NCBI GenBank assembly: GCA_002269645.1
Contig: NIVC01000596.1
Span: forward strand, 62,001 to 126,000
Direction: 5' to 3'
Length of the DNA: 64,000 nt
Source: Macrostomum lignano
Lineage: Eukaryota
The notes beneath the pieces were generated by a model. It saw only the letters and a list, made by a program, of their open reading frames with translations. It was not told the DNA's origin and made no database searches. The first letter of the stretch is position 1, and each line of letters starts with the position of its first letter. This document shows positions 32,733 through 63,619 of this stretch, piece after piece. A program made the translations under genes and the position numbers.

Positions 32733-33617
32733 ATGAGAACCGCTAGTTTCGCCTGTTGCCTGGTTGCCATCGCTTTGGTTGGTGAGTTCTGATTTTAAAA
32801 TACACTTTTGCTATGTCAAATATTAATTACGTATATAGAGTTGTTTGTGTGCCTTCACACAGAGAGTGTACATCCCCGACAATTAGAAAGTCAGGCCACT
32901 GTACACCCTGTGTGAGCTGTGTATGAGTGCGCGCCTGCGTACAGTAATTGGCGAGCTTGTACATGTTACTCAGGGCCAATGTCGCAGAAGGCATTGCGCC
33001 GGGGTTGCCTGCAGCCCTCCAGCTGATATGTAAGTATTGATTTATTTTAGGCACCGTGATTGCGCAGTCCTCAACGAGGAAATGCTACCAGTACGGCCCG
33101 TCGACTACCATGAGCAACGGCATGAGCACCAGCTGCCCGCCTGGCTACAATTATTGCGTGAAGTTCACCGCCATGACCAATTCGAGTTCCTCTCCACTGG
33201 TGAGTCCACTGGCTTACCTGCTTGCTGACTGATAGCGATTATGATCTAATCTGATTCTAATTCTGATAGTTCAGGCAGCCAGCAGACAGAGAAAGATAGA
33301 CACGCTAAGACAGGCAGACAGATTGATATAAGGCACATTTAGACACACTCAAACACATACTAAGACACAGACACATGCAAACTAATTGGCCCCTTCTTCC
33401 TCAACTGCGAACGCAGTACGGGAAGCTCTGCGCCCCGGACCACACGTACTGCGGCAATCTGACCGTCACCTACCGGCTGATGACCTGCCGGGTTTGCGCC
33501 ACCGACAACTGCAACTCGGATTCGTCCATGCCGTCTGGCGCGGCAACCGTCCGTCTCAGCTGGATGGTGGCGGCGTTGCCGCTGCTCCTAATTGGCTGGT
33601 CGATGGCCAGGCGTTAA
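32733..33617 (+). CDS. Ly6/uPAR (three-finger)-like, probably GPI-anchored protein, ~132 aa; exons 32733-32781, 33051-33199, 33417-33617
   Basis: Signal peptide MRTASFACCLVAIALVG, 8 Cys in the mature part (RKCYQ...CPPGYNYC...CRVCATDNCN), and a Ser-rich spacer plus hydrophobic C-tail. Phases are consistent. Confidence 0.82.
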
Positions 33618-34353
33618 AGAAGGCACAAAATCGACAGACGATTCCAACAAAAAAGATTTTCGAGCTTTGTTTTGTTAAGCAAATTTTATTCTATTTTATC
33701 ATAGATCCTGCTTTAGGCAGACGGATATTGATCGCATCCTTCCAATTTTCTATTTAATCCTTTTACTTTTCTATTCTATTTGTATACGCGCGAAAGAAAT
33801 CCGGAAAATTTACGCACTTCTTACCCGAATTGTTTCTTTTTATAACCTTTAACCTTATAATCTTTGTTTTATTTAAGTTTCAATCAGTTCCTTTTGGAAT
33901 TTTTATTTTATAAACATATTAGCTTTTTTTTGTTTAAAGTTCCATTTTCGCACGAATTTAAATTGAGTTTATTAACTTTAAGAGTTATTATTTTGTAGGA
34001 AATACTGTTTATAAATTTTTTAATCTGTAGTGACAGTAGAAAGAACACGTACATCTGTTCCGGTGTTTTGTATTTTTTGAAAGACTAAATTATATTTTAA
34101 AATTAATTCTCTCCAAAAGTTAAAATAAAAGACAGTAATTTCATAAAGCTTATTGTGATAGCAGTAGTACATCTTCAAACTTGAATAAATATATTATTTT
34201 GTTCTTAGCCTTATTATTATTTATCAGTTTTAGTTTTGAGTAGTTTAAACACAAAGTTACCAAAAATAAATTCGACTCAAATAAAATTAATTTACGAGCA
34301 TTAGTTAATAAAATTACGTTGCTACGGGCAACAGAAACTTGTGACGACTCGAT

Positions 34354-37007
34354 TCAATTGGCGTCCTTGCTCAGCACGGTCTGCAGGCGGAAGATCAGCT
34401 CCTGAATTGTCTTTGTCACGGCTTTGCCGCCGCCTCCAGCCGCGGCCGCGGGTTCGGGCGCTGCCGCCGTAATGGATCTCTTTTGCACATCAAGTCGGAC
34501 CTGTTGATGACGCGATGCCGTGCCACCGCCGCCGCCGCCGCAGTCGTTGTCGTTGTTTCCATTTGCTACGACGTTTGATGTCGTTTTCGGAGTTACGACA
34601 GCAGAGTCCGGCACCGACTGCTGAGTTCGCTTCTTCGACTGAGGCGCCGGCTGGCTCGACTGCTGCCAGACCCTCCGGCTCCGGCCACCGTCGTCCGTGT
34701 CGCCCTCTTCGTCGCTGCTGCCGCTCGAGTCCTCCTTTTCATCGTCGTCAGTTTTATCGGCTTCTTTGCCGCTGCTGTCGCAGTCGCTGCCGCCGCTGCT
34801 GCTGCTGCTGACCTGCCGGCGGTGTCGCTTCTGAACCCGCTGGCTGCCATTCTTTGTTGATGACTTCTTGTTGTTTTTCTTCCTGCTTTTCTTCTTGTTA
34901 TTCTGCGACGAAGATGACAGACGTTTGCTCTCGACAGCCGGTCGGGATTTGGTCGATTTTGAAGCTTTTGGTTCAACTGAGGTCAATGGGATGTTAGATA
35001 GCATGAATGTTCGAACTTTCCTGTTACTGCCTCTGAGTTCCTGTTACTGTCTCTGAGTTCTTGTTACTGTCTCTGAGTTCCTGTTACTGTCTCTGAGTTC
35101 CTGTTACTGTTTCTGAGTTCCTGTAACTGTCTCTGAGTTCCTTCCTGTCTCTGAGTTCCATCCTGTCTCTGAGTTCCATCCTGTCTCTGAGTTCCTTCCT
35201 GTCTCTGAGTTCCATCCTGTCTCTAAGTTCCTTCCTGTCTCTGAGTTTCTTCCTGTCTCTGAGTTCCTTCCTGTCTCTGAGTTCCTTCCTGTCTCTGAGT
35301 TCCTTCCTGTCTCTGAGTTCCTGTTACTGTCTCTGAGTTCCTTCCTGTCTCTGAGTTCCTTCCTGTCTCTGAGTTCCATCCTGTCTCTGAGTTCCATCCT
35401 GTCTCTGAGTTTCTTCCTGTCTCTGAGTTCCTGTTACTGTCTCTGAGTTCCTTCCTGTCTCTGAGTTCCTTCCTGTCTCTGAGTTCCTGTTACTGTCTCT
35501 GAGTTCCTTCCTGTCTCTGAGTTCCTTCCTGTCTCTGAGTTTCTTCCTGTCTCTGAGTTCCATCCTGTCTCTGAGTTTCTTCCTGTCTCTGAGTTTCTTC
35601 CTGTCTCTGAGTTTCTTCCTGTCTCTGAGTTTCTTCCTGTCTCTGAGTTCCATCCTGTCTCTGAGTTTCTTCCTGTCTCTGAGTTCCATCCTGTCTCTGA
35701 GTTCCTTCCTGTCTCTGAGTTTCTTCCTGTCTCTGAGTTTCTTCCTGTCTCTGAGTTCCATCCTGTCTCTGAGTTTCTTCCTGTCTCTGAGTTTCTTCCT
35801 GTCTCTGAGTTTCTTCCTGTCTCTGAGTTCCATCCTGTCTCTGAGTTTCTTCCTGTCTCTGAGTTTCTTCCTGTCTCTGAGTTCCTTCCTGTCTCTGAGT
35901 TTCTTCCTGTCTCTGAGTTCCATCCTGTCTCTGAGTTTCTTCCTGTCTCTGAGTTTCTTCCTGTCTCTGAGTTTCTTCCTGTCTCTGAGTTCCATCCTGC
36001 CTCTGAGTTTCTTCCTGTCTCTGAGTTCCATCCTGTCTCTGAGTTTCTTCCTGTCTCTGAGTTTCTTCCTGTCTCTGAGTTTCTTCCTGTCTCTGAGTTC
36101 CATCCTGTCTCTGAGTTTCTTCCTGTCTCTGAGTTTCTTCCTGTCTCTGAGTTTCTTCCTGTCTCTGAGTTCCATCCTGCCTCTGAGTTTCTTCCTGTCT
36201 CTGAGTTCCATCCTGTCTCTGAGTTCCTTCCTGTCTCTGAGTTTCTTCCTGTCTCTGAGTTTCTTCCTGTCTCTGAGTTCCATCCTGTCTCTGAGTTTCT
36301 TCCTGTCTCTGAGTTTCTTCCTGTCTCTGAGTTTCTTCCTGTCTCTGAGTTCCATCCTGTCTCTGAGTTTCTTCCTGTCTCTGAGTTTCTTCCTGTCTCT
36401 GAGTTCCTTCCTGTCTCTGAGTTTCTTCCTGTCTCTGAGTTCCATCCTGTCTCTGAGTTTCTTCCTGTCTCTGAGTTTCTTCCTGTCTCTGAGTTCCATC
36501 CTGTCTCTGAGTTTCTTCCTGTCTCTGAGTTCCTTCCTGCCTCTGAGTTTCTTCCTGTCTCTGAGTTCCATCCTGTCTCTGAGTTCCATCCTGCCTCTGA
36601 GTTCCATCCTGCCTCTGAGTTCCATCCTGTCTCTGAGTTCCATCCTGCCTCTGAGTTCCATCCTGCCTCTGAGTTCCATCCTGCCTCTGAGTTCCATCCT
36701 GCCACTATACACAGCTCACCAACTCACCCGACAAGTCGTTTTTCTGTCGTCGTCGATGCTTTTTCGACACTTTTTCGTCCGAACTGGTGGACTCTTCGCT
36801 GCTTTCCGAGCTCGATTGAGTCGACGCGTCGCAACTTTTTTCCGACTGAGACCGGCGCGCTGCTTTCTTATTGCTTCTGCGCATATTCTGCTTCTGTTGC
36901 TTCTGCTGCTTCTGCTGTTCAGGACTTTTTTGTCGGCTTCGCTGTTGTTTTGCTGTTCGCGATGCCCTACGCTGTTTGCTAGTCTGCTCTTCCTTTTGGT
37001 TATTCTT

Positions 37008-37062
<55 letters not shown>

Positions 37063-39347
37063 GCATACTGCTGAAGCTTCTGCAACAACGGCGATGTTTT
37101 ACCAGCTTGAGGACTGTTTCCTGTCTGCTGCTGCTGCTGCTGCTGCTCCACTTTGTCCTGACCGGCGGCCTCAGTCAGGATGGCTCCTACCACGTCCAGA
37201 ATAGACCGCATAGAGTCCAAGTGCTGCATGACACTTTTCAACGTGCTGGCGCTCACAGTTGGACAGGCGAACGAATTAGCGACAACGCTGCAGTCTCCGT
37301 GAGCTCCGCCAGCTGCGGAGGCTGTCGAACCGCCAGTTTGAGGTTTGGCGCCCGATGCTACGGCAGCGCCAGCGACAACAGATTTAGCCGCCGCCGCTGA
37401 CTCCTCAGTCGTTGTGTCGTAGACGCACGTGACTCTGGCGCCGTCTTTTAATCGGTCGATTTTCGGTTGCAGCTGACGACGCCTCTTCGGCTGACTGGAA
37501 CCTTGCTGCCGCTGCGTTGCGGCCTGGCCAGCATTATTGTTAAAGTCAAGCGAATGTTGGTACTGAGTATAGTGATTTGGCGGCTGCTGCTGCTGCTGCT
37601 GCACTCGACACCCTTGTTCTTCTGTTCCCGACTGTTGCGGCTGAGCAAGAATCTTCTCCCAGTAGAGCAGCGCCAGGCACTGGGCCACCGATGCGAGCAT
37701 CAATTTCTGCGATCTCTGCGTGATACGGACAGAAGAATCGTATAGATCTGCGCAAGTTCTAAATATTTGCCTACATTACAAAGGGATCAAGGCTCACCTT
37801 AGCATCGAGGCCGTCAACAATAGCCTCTCCTGTACCTGCGCCGAGGCACTGCAGGCTCAGTCCGGGACACTTCCTCTGCATGTAGCGCATTACGTTAAGA
37901 ATATTGCACCAGTTCCCCAGGAACCGGGAGCGCAGGCTGCACCAGTCCAAGTTCTCGGCGCCTTCTTGCAGCGGCAGTAGCGGACAGCCGTGCGCTGATA
38001 AGAAGGCCTGGATCTAGCGGTATAGGCGACGACAGGTTGGAAAGTGCAATTATAGACACTGACTGTGGCCAGCATAGCGAGAGGAGCAATTAAATCTGGT
38101 GCCAGTGGAGAGACACTGACTGTGGCCAGCATAGCGAGAGGAGCAATTAAATCTGGTGCCAGTGGAGAGACACTGACTGTGGCCAGCATAGCGAGAGGAG
38201 CAATTAAATCTGGTGCCAGTGGAGAGACACTGACTGTGGCCAGCATAGCGAGAGGAGCAATTAAATCTGGTGCCAGTGGAGAGACACTGACTGTGGCCAG
38301 CATAGCGAGAGGAGCAATTAAATCTGGTGCCAGTGGAGAGACACTGACTGTGGCCAGCATAGCGAGAGGAGCAATTAAATCTGGTGCCAGTGGAGAGACA
38401 CTGACTGTGGCCAGCATAGCGAGAGGAGCAATTAAATCTGGTGCCAGTGGAGAGACACTGACTATGGCCAGCAAAGCGAGAGGAGCAATTAAATCTGGTG
38501 CCATTGGAGAGACACTGACTGTGGCCAGCATAGCGAGAGGAGCAATTAAATCTGGTGCCAGTGGAGAGACACTGACTGTGGCCAGCATAGCGAGAGGAGC
38601 AATTAAATCTGGTGCCAGTGGAGAGACACTGACTGTGGCCAGCATAGCGAGAGGAGCAATTAAATCTGGTGCCAGTGGAGAGACACTGACTATGGCCAGC
38701 AAAGCGAGAGGAGCAATTAAATCTGGTGCCATTGGAGAGACACTGACTGTGGCCAGCATAGCGAGAGGAGCAATTAAATCTGGTGCCAGTGGAGAGACAC
38801 TGACTGTGGCCAGCATAGCGAGAGGAGCAATTAAATCTGGTGCCAGTGGAGAGACTGACTGTGGCCAGCATAGCGAGAGGAGCAATTAAATCTGGTTTAG
38901 ATTAGGTTCCACTTGGAAGTTAACTTTGGTAAAAACGACAAAAAAGGCAAACAAATCTGGGCTCAAGTGGTCCGCACGCTCACCTTATCAGACTTGTGCA
39001 TCAGCTGTACCAGAACTTCGCCGCTGCGCAAGCAACTTTGCCAGCGGTGGACCAGCTGACCGCTGACCAACTGACGACGAATGATGGAGCAATCGTCTCG
39101 TACTGCAATTTTTAAGGAATAATAGCTTAAACTCGCATTTACAATGTACAATGTACAAACACAGTTTATCTGATAACTGCATGTGCTACAATAAACTAAA
39201 GAGTACATCAAGCACTTTCTCACCCTCGGAATACGTCACCAAGTAGGCCCCATTCGTTGACAAGCTGCAGCATTGCAGCGCAGACTCCAGCTCCAACAGG
39301 GCTGCCGAACTTGCCGCGCTGCCAGCCTCATCGCAAAGGTTTTTCAT
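34354..39347 (-). CDS. Unknown ~686-aa protein with an N-terminal calponin-homology-like domain and polyQ/Ser/Lys low-complexity tail; exons 39347-39224, 39102-38984, 38013-37798, 37706-36728, 34976-34354
   Basis: All five exons join in phase. CH-like elements are CLRSGEVLVQLM, NWCNILNVMRYMQ, and EAIVDGLDAK-KLMLASVAQCLALLY, the last rebuilt across a junction. Confidence 0.7.
35030..36702. repeat. 18-bp minisatellite (GAGTTYCWTCCTGYCTCT)n, intron 4 of the CH-like gene
   Basis: Directly visible; it explains ORFs 35324-36712 and 35434-36705. Confidence 0.97.
38055..38890. repeat. 57-bp minisatellite, ~14-15 copies, intron 2 of the CH-like gene
   Basis: Unit gacactgactgtggccagcatagcgagaggagcaattaaatctggtgccagtggaga. 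Confidence 0.97.
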
Positions 39348-39860
39348 ATTTCTTAATTAAAATAAAACTCGTAGTGTTTCCCAAGGCCAAGTGATGCACT
39401 AATCACTGATAGGTAATGGAGTGCTAGAGGCTGCTGAACTGGCAGTCGGGGAAGCTACCGCCAGCCAGCTAGCGATTAAGTGAGGAGGTTTTACCATAGA
39501 CTATTCGTCTAAAGAAATTGAACCCGTTTAGTAAGAAAAATCCGAGATAAAATAGAATAAATTGTGCTACTGTAAGTAGCGAAATAGACTATCTATATAC
39601 ATTTTTATGACTAAACAAACATCCCTTTCGTCCATCTAGCTGTGCATTGAAAAAGCTTGTTTAGCTAGACCTGATGCGCACAGCTGCACAAATGCTCGGA
39701 TGCGCACACAATATTGCACATTTACCTCGGGCAGGGTAGACAGGCAGACAGACACAGGTAGTTTGTAAAGCGCAAACAGCCCCTGCCACCTGAATGCAAT
39801 TAATACACAGTCGAAGCAGAATTCAGGCTTGCCAAACCCGCTCAGAGGCCAGGCTTTCTG

Positions 39861-47348
<7,488 letters not shown>

Positions 47349-47369
<21 letters not shown>

Positions 47370-47535
47370 TTGTTAGGAGGGTGTTTATGGTTGCTAATTG
47401 TTAGGAGGGTGTTTATGGTTGCTAATTGTTAGGAGGGTGTTTATGGTTGCTAATTGTTAGGAGGGTGTTTATGGTTGCTAATTGTTAGGAGGGTGTTTAT
47501 GGTTGCTAATTGGTAGAAGGGTGTTTATGATTGCT
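47349..47535. repeat. 28-bp minisatellite (GGTGTTTATGGTTGCTAATTGTTAGGAG)n at the TLR 3' end
   Basis: About 6 copies. Confidence 0.93.
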
Positions 47536-48901
47536 AATTATTTCGGGTTGCACGTACCGATGCTACGTAGCCAATAAATTTATTGAATGTTCAGGTTGTT
47601 TAATATTTGGCTTAGACTTTTGTTTTCATATTTTAAAATGTCCATGTCGCTCAAAGTTCTCTGGTGTTTGAGCTGATGTCATTGTTTATAAATTTAAATC
47701 TAAATGACTTAGTGTGCACCTTTTCAATATACAACAGTCTGTAGTTATAATATTTATATCATACATGTTACTAATAAGTAGAAGTTGAAGAGCTACAAGC
47801 GTAGGTTGGAAATTTTCTGTCCATATGCTGGCAACTTTGCACATGAAACTGGGCAATGATGACGCTGTATATATTATATATATGAGTGTGCATTTTGAGT
47901 AAATGTGCATGTTTTAACAGCGTTCAGTGACGCTGAATTAAATCAGAGTGACAACTTTAAATCATAAATTAACAATCAGAAATGTGTTGTCATCATCGAG
48001 TTAAGGTGTTTTAAACACGTGCTCATCTTCCACATTAATTCATTCACTTACGGCGAGTCAGGAAGCCAAAAAGAGTTGGAAACATTCTCTTGGGAAATAC
48101 ACAAATTATTGAATAAAACTCATGCAGTGAGAGATAAAAGAAAAAAGCAGTTGAAATTAATAGTTTATGTACATCCGATGGTATCAATAGAATGGGAAGC
48201 AAGAACGTCTAAAAGTGAGAAGGACTGCCCACTCCGAAAAAAGAAGCTATGTTAAGCTATAAATTGTTTAATATGTATCTTATATAGTCAAGTTTCCCGC
48301 TGTGTAAAGTGAGAATATTTATTTTGTGTTTCCGCTGCTGAAAATCTCCTTTACCACAAAGCAATCTGTGTTTTGTAAAATATTATGAAGAGGGGAGGTC
48401 GGAGGGGGAGACGGCGGAGAGGAGAGAGGGGAAGGCGGGGAGAGAGAGGGGAAAGCGGGGGAGAGAGGGGAAAGTGAGAGAGAGGGCAGAGGGCAGAGCG
48501 GAGAGAGGGCAGAGGGCAGAGCAGAGAGAGGGCAGAGGGCAGAGCGGAGAGAGGGCAGAGGTCAGAGCGGAGGGAGGGAATGGTAGAGAGTAAGATGGGC
48601 ACAGATCGATCGAATTGTGAGAAGAGAGTCAGCCAAAGCAGCACAAAAATAGAAGCGGCAAATGCTCAAGTTAAAACTGGGCCCAGTAGGTAACTTATAG
48701 TACGCTTGTAGTCCTCAAAAGTCCTTGAGAAGATTAAAGGAAAATTATATAATTAATAAGCAGTTCAGTCCCGCCTGAACCCCGATAGCTAAGGCACGGC
48801 TAGACGGTGCACAATCTATACATGACAGTTAGACCCCCAAGGGGGGCGCAGCTGCTATCCTATATACTAAAATTCTTAGAGCGCCTCGCCCCGGGCTGAG
48901 C

Positions 48902-59200
<10,299 letters not shown>

Positions 59201-59284
59201 GTTAATTTTCTCGCGAATTTGATAACTGAAATAAATAAATAAATAATTGAAATTTTGACAAAATCGGACTTCTGAAGTTGGGAT

Positions 59285-61080
59285 TAGCTATCCTGAAGTA
59301 AAAATTTGCGATCCTGGAGTGAGGATTAGCGATCCTGAATTAGGGATTAGCGATCCTGAAGTGAGGATTAGTGATCCTGAAGTGAGGATTAACGATCCTG
59401 AAGTGAGGATTAGCAATCTTGAAGTGAGGATTAGCGATCCTGAATGGGGAATTAGCGATCCTGAAGTGAGGATTAGCGATCCTGAATTGAGGATTAGTGA
59501 TCCTGGAGTGAGGATTAGCGATCCTGAAGTGGGGATTAGCGATCCTGATGAAGTGACGATTAGCGATCTTGAAGTGAGGATTAGCGATTCTGAATTGGGG
59601 ATTAGTGATCCTGGAGTGAGGATTAGCGATCCTGAATTGGGGATTAGCGATCCTGAAGTGAGGATTAGCGATCCTGAATGGGGAATTAGCGATCCTGAAT
59701 TGGGGGATTAGCGATCCTGAAGTGAGGATTAGCGATCCTGAATTGGGGATTAGTGATCCTGGAGTGAGGATTAGCAATCTTGAAGTGAGAATTAGCGATC
59801 CTGAATGGGGAATTAGCGATCCTGAAGTGAGGATTAGCGATCCTGAATGGGGAATTAGCGATCCTGAATTGGGGATTAGCGATCCTGAAGTGAGGATTAG
59901 CGATCCTGAATTGGGGATTAGTGATCCTGGAGTGAGGATTAGCAATCTTGAAGTGAGGATTAGCGATTCTGAATTGGGGATTAGCGATCCTGAATGGGGA
60001 ATTAGCGATCCTGAATTGGGGATTAACGATCCTGAAGTGAGGATTAGCGATCCTGAATGGGGAATTAGCGATCCTGAATTGGGGATTAGCGATCCTGAAT
60101 TGAGGATTAGCGATCCTGAATTGAGGATTAGTGATCCTGGAGTGACGATTAGCGATCCTGAAGTGGGGATTAGCGATCCTGGAGTGAGGATTAGCGATCC
60201 TGAAGTAGGGATTAGCGATCTTGAAGTGAGGATTAGCGATTCTGAATTGGGGATTAGCGATCCTGAATGGGGAATTAGCGATCCTGAATTGGGGATTAAC
60301 GATCCTGAAGTGAGGATTAGCGATCCTGAATGGGGAATTAGCGATCCTGAATTGGGGATTAGCGATCCTGAAGTGAGGATTAGCGATCCTGAATTGGGGA
60401 TTAGTGATCCTGGAGTGAGGATTAGCGATCCTGAAGTGAGGATTAGCAATCTTGAAGTGAGGATTAGCGATCCTGAATTGGGGATTAGCGATCCTGAAGT
60501 GAGGATTAGCGATCCTGAATTGGGGATTAGTGATCCTGGAGTGAGGATTAGCGATCCTGAAGTGGGGATTAGCGATCCTGATGAAGTGAGGATTAGCGAT
60601 CCTGAAGTGAGGAATAACGATCCTGAAGTGAGGATTAGCAATCTTGAAGTGAGGATTAGCGATCCTGAAGTGAGGATTAGCAATCCTGAAGTGAGGATTA
60701 GCGATCCTGAATTAGGGATTAGTGATCCTGGAGTGAGGATTAGCGATCCTGAAGTGGGGATTAGCGATCCTGATGAAGTGAGGATTAGCAATCTTGAAGT
60801 GGGGATTAGCGATCCTGATGAAGTGAGGATTAGCAATCTTGAAGTGAGGATTAGCGATTCTGAATTGGGGATTAGTGATCCTGAAGTGAGGATTAGCGAT
60901 CCTGAATGGGGAATTAGCGATCCTGAAGTGAGGATTAGCGATCCTGAATGGGGAATTAGCGATCCTGAATTGGGGATTAGTGATCCTGGAGTGAGGATTA
61001 GTGATCCTGAATTGGGGATTAACGATCCTGAAGTGAGGATTAGCGATCCTGAATTGGAGATTAGTGATCCTGAAGCGAAA
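59285..61080. repeat. 21-bp minisatellite (GAGGATTAGCGATCCTGAAGT)n
   Basis: Directly visible; it explains ORFs 59340-61100 and 59722-61086. Confidence 0.97.
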
Positions 61081-61127
61081 GCGTGACCCTGAAATTGCAA
61101 GAACGCAGGAAGAATAAATAGTCTTAC

Positions 61128-61227
61128 CTGTATTCTAGTAAATAACGACTTTTACTAGAAACGACTTGCAAAAAAACAAAAACAATGCTGAGAAGAGATC
61201 GTTGAATTCGATTTGAACTTGAGTGAA
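61128..61227 (-). other. Probable 100-nt upstream exon of the 48902-59200 gene
   Basis: Acceptor tactccag| and donor CAG|gtaagac. Splicing to the strong acceptor at 59225 keeps an open frame into ATG 59200, but the exon has no ATG of its own. Confidence 0.5.
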
Positions 61228-62214
61228 CTGGAGTAGCAGTTGGCAGCGCACAACTCACTCACTCACTCACTAAGAGAAGTAAGTGGCCACAAGCTCTGCA
61301 GCGGAAACAAGGGGGAGGGGGGCTTGGCAAACCTGAGAGCAGCATGCCAATTCCTAATGCTTTATATAGATAGTCAAAAACGGTTGCTTGGGGACAGACT
61401 GGGGGTGTCCGCGGATAGCGGCGACGGCTTCGCTTTGGGATAAGGGGAGAGAAGAGTAGGCTGTGAAGAGCTGGGGACGCGGGACAATGGGGGATCGGGT
61501 ATGGTTTTCGGTTGGCTTCAGTTAGGTGCTGACAGGGCTTGAGGATTGGGAGAAGGCAGCCGGGGAGGACGCGACTGTAGTGAGCAGTGCAGCGGGGGGG
61601 GGGGTGAGCAGCTACACTGCAAGCTCAGCTTATACTGGGAAATGGCCAGCCCTGAAGGCAATTTATCATAGCGATAATATAAAAACCTATTGGCGGCACA
61701 GATACACACAGAGACACTGGGGAGAGAGAGGGAGGGGGGAGAGAGGGGCGGTGGGAGGTAATATGCACCGCTAGTACAGCAGTAGCCAATTTTATATTTA
61801 CAACCCTTTTACCCCGGAGTAGATAAGTTTGATATAGGGTGGAGTAAGGGAGCGCTGGGATTTACCCCCGGCATGCAGTGCCGGTTGGGACTCTGTACGC
61901 TCCAATGCTCAGCGGACTGTGATGAAGGCCCCCGCCCGGAAACTGGCTAAGCTCAGGCTCTGAGATGACTCAGATGCAGAAAATTCTGAGTTCACTTCTG
62001 CTCTAAGGTTTTTCAAAGTTTGAATTTACATTTTTTGACGAATTTTTTTGGCAGTTGGCAGTTGATGTTTTTTTTCAATTTCCACGGGTCGGACCGGCAT
62101 ACAAATTAGCTTTAACAGGAGCATTGCAATAAGGACAGAAGCATCTAGCACAGGCGGTTAGTGAATATTTGCATTATGCGGTAAGTGAAAAATATTTAAT
62201 AGTGGAGGTCTCAT

Positions 62215-62610
62215 GGGAAAAGTTCTGTCGCTGGATCCTCGCTAGTGAGGATCCTTCGGTAATGGGATTCTCGCTTGTGGGAAATCTTCGCTTGAGGGAA
62301 ATCCACGCTTGGGGGAATCTTCGGTGGAGGGAAATCCTCGTTTGAGGGGAATCCTCACTGGAGGGAAATCCACGCTTTGGGGAAATCCTCGCTTTGGGGA
62401 AATCCTCGCTTGGGGGGAATCCTCACTGGAGGGAAATCCTCGCTAAAGGGAAATCCTCGCTGATAGGAAATCCTCGTTGGAGGGAAATCCTCGCTGCAGG
62501 GAAATCCTCGCTCGATAAAAACCCTAAGCCTAACATTGATAATATTTTTGGGGGAAGCAGTCGTTGCGGGAAATCCCCAGTGCGGGAAATCCCCAGTGCG
62601 GGAAACCCTC
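62215..62610. repeat. ~20-22-bp degenerate minisatellite (GGGAAATCCTCGCT..)n
   Basis: Directly visible. Confidence 0.85.
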
Positions 62611-62629
62611 TTGGACCCAAAAAACTCAC

Positions 62630-62976
62630 CACAATAGAGGCGGCGCCACCGGAAGACGCAGTAGGCGGTGTTGAAACCGAGCGAAGCAGCGGCTTCTGCT
62701 GCTGTTGCTCTTCAAGACCGGCCTCCTCCTTGGCCGGGAAGAACAGGCTGCCCGGACTCGGAGCTCGGCCCTCCTCAATCAGCTGACGGGCCAACTTTGT
62801 TGCAGCCGCGTCGCGGGCTGCCGCGACTGATTCGGAGGCCGCCTCGTAGCGGCAGCGGATCAGCTGAGGCCGGGTTTCTGGACTGAGGACATTGAAGGTC
62901 ACGGCCGAGGCGGGCGCGGTGGTTCCGTCTGCGGCGGCAGAGTCTGCTTTGGGCTTCGCTCGAAGAGGCGGGATTT
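62630..62976 (-). CDS. Internal coding exon of an unidentified gene (IPPLRAKPK...GGAASIV)
   Basis: Acceptor tactttgcag| (phase 1), donor GTG|gtgagt (phase 0), and an open GC-rich frame. Partner exons were not established. Confidence 0.55.
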
Positions 62977-63619
62977 CTGCAAAGTAGAAGATTTTAACCT
63001 CAATGCAAGTTTGCAGACAGGGGCACCATGGATTGCAACTAATAGTGGATTGCTAATCTATCTAGCCTTCATCGATTGATTATTATACTAATAGTGGATT
63101 GCTAATCTATCTAGCCTTCATCGATTGATTATTATACTAATAATGGATTGCTAATCTAATCTAGCTTTCGTGGATAAGCAGAGTTCTAGTCCCAGTAAAA
63201 CTAAGTTATATCTACATGAACACTCGGCTTTAACCACATCGATTTGGTAACAGTATAGTGCATGTCGTACAGAAGGCAGCGCAACGAACACAAATCAATA
63301 ATCAATAATAAAATAGTCTGCCTGCATGTACAGAAACTCAAACTCTAACTTTAGAGCTATGCTAGTACTCCTGGAGTTGTAAAACAATACCGCTGATTGC
63401 TTGTGGCCCCCCAAGAAAACCGGCTATTGATTTCCCATGGGATCATTCGAGTGGATTTGTCTAAATAGAATTTAGTGTTCCTCTGTCGCTTTGCTGTCAG
63501 ACATTCTGATGAAGACAGAGGAGGCACAAGAAGCAACACAGTGCCTTCTTTTGATGGTTCGGATTGAAAGACGGCAGGAATTCCAACATGTTTGATAGAG
63601 CGTTCAAAGATCAAGGACC

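Noticed and set aside
35324-36712. 462-aa and 423-aa repetitive ORFs (MELRDRKKLRDR / GRNSET)
   Set aside because: These are translations of an 18-bp intronic minisatellite; the host gene splices in phase around it (36728 to 34976)
37546-37755. Separate ORF RFFCPYHAEIAE (zinc-finger-like)
   Set aside because: It overlaps the intron and alternative frame of the CH-like gene; the 37706 acceptor gives the coherent long frame
38050-38889. Long ORFs on both strands with 19-aa repeats
   Set aside because: A 57-bp unit divisible by 3 lying inside intron 38014-38983
59319-61100. 586-aa and 454-aa ORFs (RISDPEV repeats)
   Set aside because: A 21-bp minisatellite, open in several frames by chance
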